A stretch of 64,000 nt of DNA from Eledone cirrhosa (GCA_964016885.1 OZ024746.1:1984001-2048000); one strand, 5' to 3'; counted from the stretch's first letter, positions 26,588 through 40,855 are shown. The notes: a model not told the origin generated them from the letters alone. Made by a program: numbers and translations.

Positions 26588-29500
26588 AGAGAAACTGAAA
26601 GCAAAGCTTAAGATTAGGAAAAAACCTAGAACTGAAAGGTTTCAAAGTAAATTTAAAGTTTTAGTAAGTATGAAAAAAAAAAAGGATCCTACTGCTATCA
26701 GGGAAATGGCCATATTTATTTTAATAAATTCCTCGAAATTCTTTATTAATTTAGTGTAATAGAGCATATTTCATTAAAAATACCTTTACAAAAGGATTAA
26801 CACTTTTGGTACCAACCAACTCAAAACAAGCTCTACTTCTATCAAACAAAAGCACTTGTTTTAAAAGGTTTCTATTTAAATTAATTTTACATAAGATCCA
26901 TATTTTAAGTTACTATCTTAGTGAATCCTTGAAAATACTTCATTAATTAATTAAAAGAGATAAAAGGGTTATATAGAATGAGAACTTATCAGTTAGGCAG
27001 GCTAAAGAAAAGGTAAGTATGAACTCATACCCTCTACCCCACTCTACTTCATAGATCGCAAATGTATTTTCTATTGATTTTTTAAATATCTTATGTACCC
27101 TTACAGCATTTAATTTCATTCCTCTGTATTCACAGTTCAAATCCCTGCTGGAGTCCCTTTTGCTTTTCTAACCTCAAAGGTCAATAAAATAAATATTAAT
27201 AATATACTATAATCAATTCTATTGCGTCTACTCTTCTCCTGCAAACATTGGCCCAGTGCCTAGTCAAAAGAAATCACTATGTATGCTGCTGTTTAAGTTA
27301 CTTATTAAAAAATGACCTTCTCGGATGAGTCACCTAAGTAAATAGTTTTGTTATTTAAATAACCAATCAAATGTAAACAATTTAGGCAAATTATTGATTT
27401 ATTTATACTTCAGCTAGAGAGGGGAATTACTCCCAGTACACTGATACTTATTTTATTGATCCCTGGGGTGATGAAAGATAAAATCAACAACCCTGAAATT
27501 TCAGGAAATAGATGAATGTAATAAAACAATAGTTTCATGTTTATTACTTTTATCACTTTCCTAATTTAGGCTAAATATTATCTAACTTCATCTATTTTCT
27601 TCTCCATTCATTAAGAGTTTGAAATAATGGTTCTTACATAAAATTATGATGAATTTTAGATAAATGTAATCACTTTAAAATAAACGGGGCAGTTACATGT
27701 GGTTTGATATCAAAGGGGTTAAGATATTTCTCATATAATGTGTAAAACATATTATACAGGATGGGGCATAAAGATCCCCCACATTTTGAAGGGATATAAA
27801 AAAGAATGTGGAAGATCTTTATGGCCATATATTTATAAAATACAAAATAGACCAAACATTTGGTTGTTTTATTTTTATTCTGGAATGAAACTAAGATATT
27901 TATCGAAATATTAAAGGTATTCTGTTAGATACAGAACTACTAACTACCACTATAGCATTTCAAAGTAAAGAATATTACATTAATTGCTTGTTCTAAGACT
28001 ACCTGATCCAAACATGTCCTAATCTTACTTCATGGTTGAATGGTTAACAGTGAGAAATACAGCTGCAAGTATACTTGAGCCAATATTATGCCCCAGATAT
28101 GTAAAACACATTACTGGGATAGAAATATAATAATGGTAAACTAGATATGACTACATGAAAGCTACACTCTAACAATTATGAAAAAGATAGCTATAAATAA
28201 ACAACATTAAAAACAAGACTCCAGTAGGTCATTAAACAAAAATCACATAAAATTAACCTACAGCCAGCCTATTAAGGAAAAACCAGATAATGTTTTCCTT
28301 TGCCAACAAACTAGCTAATTAATAGCGGCAAAAATATCAGCTTTGTGTAAACTGAGAAATCAATAGAGATAATTTATCAATGGCTTTCAATGACTCACTA
28401 AATTACTTCCCTAAAAATATTTGTTTACCATTCATGTAACTATTGGATGTTTTAGATTTCCTAATTTAATTATTTTTTAATATCAATGATTTTAATTAAC
28501 TCTTCTTCTTTAAATGCAAGCAGTAGTTAACTAATTTTTTTTTTCATTGCCATCAAAATAGAGTTCTCCTTGTTATATAGCAATAGCCTACTATCCTCTC
28601 TTATTGCTGCACATTCACTATAGCTGCATGCTAAATACTTTCTCACTACTACTATAGTTACAATCTCCCAATGTTTACTCATCCCTACCAAACAGCCTAT
28701 CAACATGTCTACCTTCAATTTACTTTTCTTTCCTAGATGTATAAAATTTGTCTTTCTTTTTTGTTCTAATAGATTAAATGATTTTAAATTTGTTCGAACT
28801 ATTTTCAAAGCCTTCTTATTGAAAATAATTCTACCATCATTTTTTTCATTTTTTTACAAATTCCATTCCACAAGAAATGGTTTTATATTCACTTCTACCA
28901 ACTTATCAGTTAAAGCTCCATCCTTGAAGAATTATCTGATTATAAAAGTGATCTTAAAAGCTTGTGTAGTTGTTAAGGCAAGTTATTTGAGGAAAACCAA
29001 AGAATAAATTACATAACTCTTTGAAGCTGTATCTGAATATATCTAGCTTGGAGTTTCTATATTATTTAATAGGTTAACATGTAAAGCATTAGACCTGTAA
29101 AACCTATAGTACCTTCATATCAATATATCTATTAACAGCAACTTTACAATTCAATTATAAACAGTTTTCTTGGGTGTAATATATCTAGGAAACCAAAGTC
29201 AGAATCTAAGCTACTTAACTTTGAATGTTAAAAATAATAATTTCTTACATAGCCACAGAGTGGTTAAAGTGTAGGACAAAATACCTTGCAGTATTTATTT
29301 TAGCTCTCTGCACTCCGAGTTCAAACCCCCCCCCCCACTACTTTCCTGCCCTTTACAGAGTATACTGGGTACATCATAACATCAACACTAGGGAGGTCGC
29401 TGGTCATTGATTCAACTGTAATAGGGAAAGAATGGCTGGCTTCAAGGTAGATATGTTGAGGGGGTGAGAATAGATGGGGGTAAGAAAGGTGACATGTATG

Positions 29501-30339
29501 TCATGGATGGGTGTATGAAAAGTGTAGTGGGAGTTAAGAGGGTGATATAAAAATTTTGAGGGATTTACTAAAATTATTAATTATTTCATTACTAAGATAG
29601 TAACTTAATGCAAGGTTCTTATATAAATTTATGTTGGAAGATTTTAATTTAAATTGGAAACCTTTAAAATGAGTGGTTTTATTTCATTAGAACCAGAACT
29701 GGTTTTGGCCCAATTAATAACTAAAGGATTAATTTTGGTCTGGTTTAAAAGGAAATATTTCTACAGTAATGACGCAGCATGTAATAATATCAGAGCCTTG
29801 ATGTTATTAGATATAAAAGAAAATCACTAGTTTTCTTAATTATCAAAGCAGATTTCAATACTGAACCCATAAGGAAAAATAACAAATATTGAAACAAGTT
29901 TAGGAATTACTATATATACTCATATAAAAGCTGAGAAATATGTAACAAAAAACAATTGAAGGTAAAATTCAGGGTCAGTTTATATTCAAGGTTATAAAGT
30001 AGTGTCTTTCTTAAGATATATGGTGACATATATCTTAGGTTAATTAGAATTAGTTTAATGGTTTCTTCATATTTTAATATAATGGTAGCCTAACTGTTTC
30101 ATGTTTAAGCAACCAAAACTTAAAACTTTATCAAACTTGGTCCTAAAAACTGACCTCTTGCAAAGATACCAAGAAAATCAATTTTTTTTTTAATGTATTG
30201 TTCACAGAGTAGTTCCACAGCATGCCCAAAAAAATATCTAGATAAACTGGTGATGATATATAACATATCTTTTTTACTATAGTAGCACGGTTGCACAAAC
30301 ATAATACAGACACTTCCAAACATCTGATTCCTGAAATAT

Positions 30340-30560
30340 TTAACCCCTTAGCATTTACATTACTCTATATATACTATTGTATTTGGTAAAGGTTTTATCT
30401 TACATATCTTGCATAATATCGAATCTATGAGATTTTGATATTGTTTATTTTGAGAACAATACCTTAACTTGAGTATGAGTGGCCAGTTATGGCCAATTTG
30501 AACTGAAAGAGGGGAGAGAGTTCTGGCCAGATATGGCCGGTTTAAATGCTGAAGAGTTAA
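30340..30560. mobile_element. TTAA-flanked MITE, family A
   Basis: TTAA CCCCTTAGCATTTA ... TAAATGCTGAAGAG TTAA. Confidence 0.85.
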
Positions 30561-31335
30561 AATATAAACTCTAGAATCAAAAGATCAGACATAACTACTT
30601 TAGCTGTACCCTAGTTATTCCCATCCATTATCTATATACAGGTGACATTTCATACACTGAACAATACTTTAATATCCAGTATCTCCAATTCACTTAAACT
30701 CAGTGATTCCCTCAAGTTTATACAACCAAACATAATATATTCAATTCCTTTCTTTCTAGTTACCATGTTGCCTGTTACTAGTCTACATCTGTTGTGTAAC
30801 ACAGGTTTGACATTCATATAACTCGGGGGGGGGGGGGGGGGGTTTCTCTGTTACCAAGAGATAATACTTATCTGAAAAATGTCACTACACCTCATAGTAT
30901 GGCCACCATATTACTAACAAAAGTGAAAGAAGGACATGACTGATAACACCATCTTCACTGGTGAGTTGGGGTAAGATTAGTAAAGCTAGTTTGAAGTTTA
31001 TATTTAGAAGCTAGCCTAAGTAACAACTAAAAGTGAACCTGAGAGAAATTCTCCACAACTATATCCTTGCTATCTCATGCTGTCAAATAGTACCCAAATA
31101 ACCAATCCCCTTTTCTCACTAAATATCTTGTGCATCATTTAATTACACTATCTACAGAAAATTAATTTCATATAATTTCCTATTCTGCAGGTGGAGTACA
31201 ACCATTTTTTCTTGTTATTTATACAGCTAACCCTACATTTAACTTATACACTTACATACCAACACCTTAATACTTACCTTTCAGATTTCTTACTAAACTA
31301 CAGATTGTGCAACTTTGTCGAATACCATCTTATCA

Positions 31336-32218
31336 TCTATATATCTAAAACAGAGAATCTGTCTGTCTCCCTAAAACTCGAGAACCACCCAACCGATTGT
31401 TTACAAACTTTACACATCATAATACTTAGGGTCATGTGAGTGTTTTGAGCAAAAGAATTTCAAATTTTCAATGCCCTATGGATCGCATTAGACGCCGTTT
31501 AACGATCTCCCTATAATTCTTAGTCTGTCTTTTTAGATAGATACATAGATATAATGTTGCACCCTTATAATATCTGTCTGTATGTCTGGCTGGCTGTTTG
31601 CATTATGACATTATCTGTGTGTGTGTGTATATATGTATATATAGTGTGTGTATATATGTATATATAGTGTGTATATGTATATATATAGTGTGTAACGTTT
31701 TTTCGAAATATTTACTTCTGCGTTCACAGATTGAGTTTTTTTAGTTTCAGAAGATCCTGTTAAGGGTGAAAGCAGCGATTCTTTGCTTAAACTTTAATCT
31801 TTTACTTTAATATATATAATTATATATTCGTGTACAGATATTTTTGCATACACAAAAACAAAATATAAACAAACAAGGCCAGCGATTACATAGTCAATGG
31901 TTCGGAAATCGCATGCATCACTGATGAGTTTACTCCTTACCAGTTAGTCTGAGTGTACTTCATCCTGCCCTTTAGCGACCCCTTTCTATAATTCTTAGTC
32001 TGTCTTTTTAGATAGATACATAGCTATTACGTGGCGCCCTTATAATATCTGTCTGTATGTCTGCATTACGACACTATCTGTGTGTGTGTGTGTGTGTATA
32101 TATATAGTGTGTAACGTTTTTCAAAATATTTACTTCTGCGTTCACAGATAGATTTTTTAGTTTCAGAAGATCCCGTTAAGGGTGAAAGCAGCGATTCAAT
32201 GCCGGGCCATTCTGCTAG
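31336..32218 (+). mobile_element. Non-autonomous Helitron
   Basis: A|TCTATATATCTAAAAC ... GCCGGGCCATTCTGCTAG|T, i.e. TC...CTAG inserted into an AT site. Internal ~220-280-bp duplication (31500-31780 vs 31975-32197). Confidence 0.75.
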
Positions 32219-33297
32219 TCTTATATAAAGTTGGTTGTATTTTTCCAAGAACTTTTCTTGTGGTCACTTCAACAGAAACATGTTAATTGTGGTTCTATAT
32301 TTTGCCACCTATCCAAAGTGAATGTTATCTTTTTCTACCCATAAATTGTATTTCTTCTATTTGTATCAGAAGATTTACATGAACCTGTGTCATAATAACT
32401 ATTCGTGGATGTCAGGTTGATTTTGAAGCTGATTTTCATTTCATCAACAAAGACAATATATATTAGAACTAGTTATCAATACAAAGTTTACCTTTAATGA
32501 CCTGTAGCCATGTCCATGTCTTCAGTTGCCCACCATAATGCCACCTAAACATAAGGTTGAATGAACTAACAGCAGCTTAGATGAAAGTATCCAGAGACCA
32601 TCAACATGTGTAGCCAAAACAGGAGTATGATTTTGTAGTATCACAAAGTTATATAATCAGGGACAAACAGAGTATTCTTCTGAGACATGCCTCCCAATGA
32701 TGGAGCTATCAATTCAGAAGGACCAAGTTTCACGGAAGAAGAGAAGAATTAAAAATGCCAGTGCCTGAAACATTATATGAAATGTGAGCTCCTTGCAAAA
32801 CCATAGATATGGCATGAGTCTCACAAAAGCAGCACAAGCTAGCTCAATCCATTCTTAGATTAGCTAGTTGATAAGGAAGAACCTAACAAGGTACCAGGTA
32901 AACAAACTCATCTTTCTCTAATAGTTGTCAGCTATAATTTCTTCAATAGTGGTTATGTTCATGCAAAATCTCAGTTTAGTATAAAAATAAAAATATTTTC
33001 TTTAAAACTAATTTCATTGAGGCCTGCAAACTTCATTTGATACATGATGTTGCATGCAAACATTCTTGTTAGCAAACATTAAAATTCAGAAACAAGAAGT
33101 CTTATTTTTGCAAGGGTCTCTAATACAATAAAAACAAAGTTTGGCCAGGTGTTTTAGTGAAAGAAATATTTTGCTTAACATAATTAAATGACGATAAGGT
33201 ATTAAGAAACACCTGGTCTTAAAACATTTATTCTCTATGTTAAACAAGAATAACATTAAAGTAATTAAAAAAATAAGTTGTTTCTATAGTCTTGTAT

Positions 33298-33392
33298 GAT
33301 CATGGGTTCCTTTTGTATTCACCTTCTCAGATCATGGGTTCCTTTTGTATTCACCTTCTCAGATCATGGGTTCCTTTTGTATTCACCTTCTC
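33298..33392. repeat. 32-bp tandem repeat, 3 copies
   Basis: Unit gatcatgggttccttttgtattcaccttctca. Confidence 0.9.
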
Positions 33393-33848
33393 AAAGTCTG
33401 TCTCAATCCAGGATGCTCATCAGGCCAGTGCTTATCCCAGTTACATGGCATGAAGTGACTGAGTACAAAACTTTCCCCTGGATAGGACACCAGTCTATCA
33501 CAGGGTTTCACCCCCCCCCCCCCCCCCCCCCAGCTATTGCTGGTACTCATTTTCAGCTGAGTATACTGAAACAACATGAAATGAAGTGTTTTGTTCAAGG
33601 AATTGAACCCACAACATTATGTCAGTACAACACCCTTACAACTATGCCATTCACCTCTACTAACTAAACAAAGACCCCACTGCACTAAACAATATTATTC
33701 ACATATTTCCAAAACATGTTTACAAGAAAACAAAATTATATATGTGACCTTGGAAAATATTTTAAATACACTTGTGTATAAGAAGAAATGTTTCATTAAT
33801 CAAATGCTAAGTACAAATATGTACTGAAGTAAAGAGCAAGTGCAACAA

Positions 33849-35413
33849 AACTATAACCCAATAACTTCAACAGTAAACCTCACAAGTCACAGAAGATACT
33901 AGTACTAGTACTTAACTATAACCCAATAACTTCAACAGTAAACCTCACAAGTCACAGAAGATACTAAAGTCTAGTACTTAACTATTACACAATAACTTCA
34001 ACAGTAAACCTCACAAGTCACAGAAGATACTAGTACTAGTACTTAACTATTACACAATAACTTCAACAGTAAACCTCACAAGTCACAGAAGATACTAGTA
34101 CTAGTACTTAACTATAACCCAATAACTTAAACAGTAAACCTCACAAGTCACAGAAGATACTAAAGTCTAGTACTTAACTATAACCCAATAACTTCAACAG
34201 TAAACCTCACAAGTCACAGAAGATACTAAAGTCTAGTACTTAACTATAACCCAATAACTTCAACAGTAAACCTCACAAGTCACAGAAGATACTAAAGTCT
34301 AGTACTTAACTATTACACAATAACTTCAACAGTAAACCTCACAAGTCACAGAAGATACTAAAGTCTAGTACTTAACTATAACCCAATAACTTCAACAGTA
34401 AACCTCACAAGTCACAGAAGATACTAAAGTCTAGTACTTAACTATTACACAATAACTTCAACAGTAAACCTCACAAGTCACAGAAGATACTAAAGTCTAG
34501 TACTTAACTATTACACAATAACTTCAACAGTAAACCTCACAAGTCACAGAAGATACTAAAGTCTAGTACTTAACTATTACACAATAACTTCAACAGTAAA
34601 CCTCACAAGTCACAGAAGATACTAAAGTCTAGTACTTAACTATAACCCAATAACTTCAACAGTAAACCTCACAAGTCACAGAAGATACTAAAGTCTAGTA
34701 CTTAACTATTACACAATAACTTCAACAGTAAACCTCACAAGTCACAGAAGATACTAAAGTCTAGTACTTAACTATTACACAATAACTTCAACAGTAAACC
34801 TCACAAGTCACAGAAGATACTAAAGTCTAGTACTTAACTATTACACAATAACTTCAACAGTAAACCTCACAAGTCACAGAAGATACTAGTACTAGTACTT
34901 AACTATAACCCAATAACTTCAACAGTAAACCTCACAAGTCACAGAAGATACTAAAGTCTAGTACTTAACTATTACACAATAACTTCAACAGTAAACCTCA
35001 CAAGTCACAGAAGATACTAAAGTCTAGTACTTAACTATTACACAATAACTTCAACAGTAAACCTCACAAGTCACAGAAGATACTAAAGTCTAGTACTTAA
35101 CTATTACACAATAACTTCAACAGTAAACCTCACAAGTCACAGAAGATACTAAAGTCTAGTACTTAACTATAACCCAATAACTTCAACAGTAAACCTCACA
35201 AGTCACAGAAGATACTAAAGTCTAGTACTTAACTATAACACAATAACTTCAACAGTAAACCTCACAAGTCACAGAAGATACTAAAGTCTAGTACTTAACT
35301 ATTACACAATAACTTCAACAGTAAACCTCACAAGTCACAGAAGATACTAGTACTAGTACTATAACACAATAACTTCAGTAATCCTCACAAGTCACAGAAG
35401 ATACTAAAGTCTA
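33849..35413. repeat. 65/66-bp minisatellite, ~24 copies
   Basis: Unit aactat(aacc/taca)caataacttcaacagtaaacctcacaagtcacagaagatacta(aagt/gta)ctagtactt. Confidence 0.97.
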
Positions 35414-35570
35414 GGGCTTAGCTACAAACTTTGTCGTATTACACAGATGAGATGAATCATCTCCAATCCATTGCAGCTAATAATGCCAAGGCATCTGATA
35501 TCTATTGCTACCAGATATGTAAACTGATGACTGAAAAATCAAGAGTGTGCCCAGAATTGCAAGAAAATAC

Positions 35571-35797
35571 TTAACCCTTTCATGGCTGAATTTCTAATGA
35601 AATAAACTTTCAATTAATTAATGAAGAATTTTGAGGAATTTACTCAAATTATTAATTATTTCATTACTAAGATAGTAACTTAATGTAAGGTCCTTATATA
35701 AAATTATGTTGGAAGATCTTAATATAAATTTGAAATGGGTGACATTATTTTACAGAACCAAAACTGGTTTTGGCTGGGTTGGTAGCTAAAGGGTTAA
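35571..35797. mobile_element. TTAA-flanked MITE, family B
   Basis: TTAA CCCTTTCAT ... AGCTAAAGGG TTAA. Related copies at 21855-22079, ~29550-29735, ~63350-63512 and 63921-64000. Confidence 0.75.
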
Positions 35798-37134
35798 GAT
35801 AGGGAGTTTTATTTCATAGAACCAGTGCTGGTTTTGGTTTGGTTGGTGACTAAAGGGTTAGAGATTCAAATATGAACTAATAAAAGATAAGCTGACTAAG
35901 GTTTTGTTAGGGTTGGAGTAAGGATTAGTCATTCAACCATTTTGTCTCTGTATTAAACATGGAAGCATGGCCTAGAATCAAAAGGCCTTAAAGTTAACTT
36001 GTTTAAGACTAAAGTTCTAGTTTGTAGAAAGGAAAATAGGGCACAGATGCCCTCAGGGAGGCTAAAATATCCTAAGAGAAATTTTTCAGGATATACCAAC
36101 ATCACCTTATAGTGAGAAACAGCTTAGTTTAATAAAACAATATACACCACAAACAAAAAAACCCCAAATGGCAACTATTTGAGATTAACTCATGTCAACA
36201 AATAACAGAGACCACCTTTAAAACAAACACTATTAAGTTAAAATAAAGTACATTGAAAATGACATTATAAATTAAACAACTTAATGTTGATCTAATTTAC
36301 ATAGACACTGGACCAGCTAGAAATAGCAATCAAATCTTGCTCAAAGAACAGCCTATTGTTGTAAAAAGGAAATTCATATTAAGTAACTCTAGTTACACTA
36401 GTCTAAATAATAGTCAGGATAACCACAACTGGAATCCTTTTGATCTTAGATTGGTATGATCATAACTGACCTAGGATTAAATAATAATGACCACAATCTA
36501 ATGTGATAAATATTATTCAAGAATACAAATAAAAACAACACTTATTCTAAGCAGTATTCTTGATACTTTCTTGTCATGCCATGCCCTGAAAATGTGAATG
36601 TTCCTTTCACAAAGAAGATTCTGAGGGAAAAAAAAACAGAAATCGACCCAGTCCTTGAAAAAATGAGAAACAAAGTTGGCCTCTGAAAGGTTTGATCTTG
36701 GATAAGAGCCAGAATAAATACAAAGCAATCTATCTAACGCTCTATGATCCCTCCAATTCACTACCTTAATATTCTTAGGGTTCCATATTTTTTTTATGTA
36801 GATGAACCTAAATCAAAAATTGTAGTCATCAAGTTGATAAGGATGCTGACTTACAAATGTCTAATACCAGCAGATTTTGTGGTGTCCTGTAAATAATTAT
36901 CATCAGGAGGTAGAATTCACCATGGTAAGTAAAAGAAGTAATGTATTATTGATTGCTGTGTGAATCAATAGTTCACAGTGCTAAACACAACTGAATAAAC
37001 AGACTGGAAAATTTTTCATCTCAAGTCTGTCTTTCTTTGAAAATAACAAGATAGGCATGAGGTATTATTTGTGATCTAAAGGAAAATGGTCAAGATTCAC
37101 CATAAACCAAACTTATAAATTCCTTATCTGTAGT

Positions 37135-37455
37135 TACTCTTGGGTTTCGAATAATCGTCTTCCTCCTGCTTATTAATTTTTCAAATTTTTTTCCACCCTC
37201 GTCCCTGCTTATTAAATTTTGCTACTCTATGCCTGGCGAAATTTTGTTTGTGACAATTAATTTTCATTATACATTAAAAAACATACAAAAAAAGTACATT
37301 ACTAAAAATCACATACGTTATAAAATAATCTCAATATGTAAACTAAACAACTAATTCTGGATTTTTTAAAAATCAATGGACACATTCTAGAAAAATTACT
37401 GATTTTCCAATCCTCCCGCTTATTCCAACACACCATTATTTGGGACCCGAGAGTA
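37135..37455. mobile_element. TA-flanked MITE
   Basis: TIRs TACTCTTGGGTTTCGAATAAT / ATTATTTGGGACCCGAGAGTA, with subterminal cctgcttatt repeats. Confidence 0.75.
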
Positions 37456-38004
37456 TCTACTTACTTTTTAGTAGCTCATCAAATGCATGTAACTGAAGTC
37501 AAGCATATTAGGTATGCCCTTCCTCTGGGGACATTAATGCAACCAATGTGTTAGTTTCAATTAATATTTGCTTGGTCACAATAATAGCCATCTCCTTTTG
37601 TAATAAGTAGTTTTCATTTAAAGAAAATATCTTTTTTTAACTTTGTTTGATTTATCAAGCAATTTGAATTACTATACAAGTTCTGTTACTTACTCCTCGT
37701 TTGTTTTAGCTCGTCAGCTATGAAGCAGATTTATGGTATATATGTAGAAAACCAAACTATGTCTCTGCCTAGTTAAAGGCCATATTTCACACTGGCATCC
37801 TGTGGTTAATTGTATAGGGTGCCAAGTAACAATGCTGTACTCCATTATACACTATACCTGTAAATTTTGGGTGACCACAACAACAGAAGCAAACAAGATG
37901 AACTATCAGATGGACAATTGCTGTTCCTTTTCAATTAAAGTTGACTGCTATTTATAGCTTGTTGTGTCATGTGTTCTTTTAAAATTTACAATGGAAACAT
38001 TAAG

Positions 38005-38612
38005 ACCATAGGGAAGGGTTGGCATAAATACCGAAATGAAGACAAGTTTGGCTTTTACACCTACCTCCCCTCTGAATGCTGAAGCTAGTACATTACTGCA
38101 CCAGCTCCTGCAATTCTTCCACTTAGTAATCCAGCTTACTGCCTTCCATCACTCATGAACACAGCCCCAAGATATTTGAACTTCGCCACCTGCTTCAGTG
38201 GTCATGAATCTTGGGTAAGAATACGATTGCGAATACAAGCAGCCGAAATGGGGTTTCTCTGAAGGGTCATTGGAGTAATGTTAGAGTGCATAGCTGGGAG
38301 ATCAGAGAGTCACTCCAGGTAGAGCCACTATTTCTCTGAATTGAGCGATCACAGCTCCAGTATTACAGGCATGTAGTTAGAATGTCTCAAGAAAGAGTTG
38401 CTGGATAGATTTTATAAGCAAAATCAACTGGCAGGAGACCCAGGGGTAAACCCCAAACAAGATGATTCGATAACATCCACGAACTCAGCTAGACTCGCTT
38501 GGAGATCCAGCTGGATCAGTTGGAAACAGTTGCTTCTGACAGGACCCGCTGGAAGGAGTGTTTGAAGATTCTGCCTCTACGACACTCAAGAATTAAGTGG
38601 GCGAAGAAAATG
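38005..38612 (+). mobile_element. RTE LINE 3' fragment with inverted 5' segment
   Basis: 38200-38612(+): GHESWV..RIQAAEMGFL..EIRESLQVEPL..IERSQL..GRRPRGKP. 38203-38005(-): PLKQVAKFKYLGAVFMSDGR...KAKL...PTLPYG. Confidence 0.85.
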
Positions 38613-38649
38613 AACATTCAGACCATGACATGACTGACATAATCTATAC

Positions 38650-39300
38650 TGAATCTAACATATTGTATGTATACCACTGTTATCTTTCTATTAAACAACT
38701 GTGGTACCTGTGAATGTTCTAAATACATTATGTACCATTTTGCTTTGTTTTCTAAGTCTTTATGTGTGCTGTGAAGGGTGTAGGGTGTTATATGTAAATC
38801 CTGTTTCATCTTTAGTGTATGTTTATGTTAAGTGTGATGGTTGGTTGTATTTGATATTTTGCAGTGGGTAAAAAAAAGAGAGACAGTAGATTTGGTAAAT
38901 ACTTCATTAATTCTGATTTGGTGCAAAATTTCTGTAGTTTACCAGCTGTGTTTGGAGAATGGTGAAAGGATGTATGATGTCATCTGTGTATAATGTTGTG
39001 AGAAAGTTATGTAGTTATAAGTTACAAAAAGATTATGGTGCGATGGATACTTGATTTAGGAAATTTTAAATTTTAGCTATATTGTTTTAGTATACAAAAT
39101 AGACTTCTAATGCTGCTTCAGATAGGTATCAAATTTATGATGCCTATTTCTAGTTTCCAGAATCTAGGGAATTGGCAATGTTGATATTGATGACTTACAA
39201 TAATTCTTTAAAACCTTTAGTGAATGTTTGTAATGTTAGGGTCAGGGGCATTTGATTTTTTGGATTCCTCTATAGTTTTCCTGCTGTCTAATGGAAGGAA
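38650..39300 (-). mobile_element. Very degenerate LINE RT remnant
   Basis: KSNAPDPNI and TLYTDDII (YADD-like) in the expected order, with many stops. Confidence 0.35.
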
Positions 39301-39700
39301 GAAAGAGATTATGGTTGTGATCTAGATGGAATGCATATTATTACAGTTCTTAACACTACTTGTTGGCACAGGCAGCTTCTCATACTTAAATGTTTTACTG
39401 TTATAAATGTTTTAATCATTTCTATACATATGTATACGTTGTTGTAATGTTAAATACTTCTAGTGTTCCACTACAATCAATTCTATAAATACTCTGAATA
39501 ATTGTTTCTTTCTAACATAGACGTAACGTCAGTAATGGGGGGGGGGGGGATTTTAATCAATCCCCAGTACATTAATTTATCTACCCCAGAATGATAAAGG
39601 GCAAAACTGACCTCAGCAAGATCTGAGCTCAGAATGTAAAGGACCATACACTCTGAATATAAATAGTAAAATGAATCACCAAGAGACAAGGAAAAGCAGT

Positions 39701-39887
39701 ATTGTTTCTACTTTAGGCACAAGGCCAGCAATGACCCAGTGCATTACTGGTACTTTATTATATCGACCCCGTAAGGATGAAAGGCAAAGTTAACCTCGGC
39801 GGGATTTGAACTCGGATCGTAAAGGGACGTAACTATGCTGGAAAGCATGGCGTCCGACCCTCTACCGATACTGCCAATCCACCGCCC
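39701..39887 (-). mobile_element. OR-like tRNA-derived SINE, full length
   Basis: GGGCGGTGGATTGGCAGTATCGGTAG (A box) ... GAGTTCAAATCCCGCC (B box) ... family body. CpGs are intact, suggesting a young copy. Confidence 0.88.
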
Positions 39888-40552
39888 TATTTAAACTTAA
39901 TGTTCTGAAGTATTGGGCAGTCTTGTTACTACAGACTTCCTTTGGTAATAGAAATGATGTTCATAGTAAAACAATCTAAACAGGACTGAAAATATTCTAA
40001 ACTATAATAATGTCTATAGACATTTCAATCTCTTCATATAGATTATATGGATCTGTAACATCTGGATAAATCATTTTAGGGAAGAAGTAAAGAATACAGT
40101 GACTATATAGTATAGCATGACTAAAAAGTGTTACAGACACGACATATTCTGTTTGCATCGATTTACCTTGTCTGGAAACAACTAGAACTCCTACATTAAT
40201 GGTTGGTTTTATGTAGTAGCATTCAACTACAAAATACCTTCTTCCAAGATGAAATACTAATTTAACCAGTTTCCTTTGACTCGACACCAAAAATGAGTCT
40301 ATGGATTCAATGGTAAATCTAATATATCTGTGAATAAGTTTTGGTGAATTGAAGACAACCCAATGTTTACTGAGACTAGTAATAAAATTATAGACAGGCC
40401 AGAACCGGTGACAAAATATAGGTGAGACAGAAGAAGTTGACCAAAGAAAACCTATGATGGAGTTCAGATTATTGATCTGGCTGATAGCGTTAATGGATCT
40501 ATAAGATTTGGTTGATGGCGTAAGCTGAAAGGTAGGTTATGTTGACCTACAC

Positions 40553-40557
<5 letters not shown>

Positions 40558-40613
<56 letters not shown>

Positions 40614-40781
40614 GACAATGATCAATTACTAGAGCTTACCGTAATCACACAAATATAATTCATCTAATTAATATAATGAAAAATATTTCTTTGTAAACTA
40701 AATCTGCAATTTAAATGACAATCATATATATATATACACCTAACCATATATATATATATATATATATACACACACCTAACC

Positions 40782-40855
<74 letters not shown>

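Noticed and set aside
28527-29007. Overlapping 93- and 100-aa ORFs
   Set aside because: No recognisable domain or splice signals; at most a very decayed LINE.
31270-31335. Strong minus-strand donor AAG|GTAAGT with a short Cys-containing frame (CTICSLVRNLK)
   Set aside because: Does not match the expected C1 continuation, has no pyrimidine-rich acceptor, and abuts a Helitron.
31921-31930. Other CTGATGA hits (31921, 35524) as hammerheads
   Set aside because: No stem II plus GAAA plus stem I arrangement.
33849-35413. CRISPR-like appearance of the regular arrays (also 13883-14166 and 61236-62461)
   Set aside because: Head-to-tail units with no unique spacers, no cas genes, eukaryotic context.
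39701-39887. tRNA genes suggested by A/B boxes (also 56498 and 59099)
   Set aside because: These are heads of multi-copy SINEs; no complete cloverleaf.
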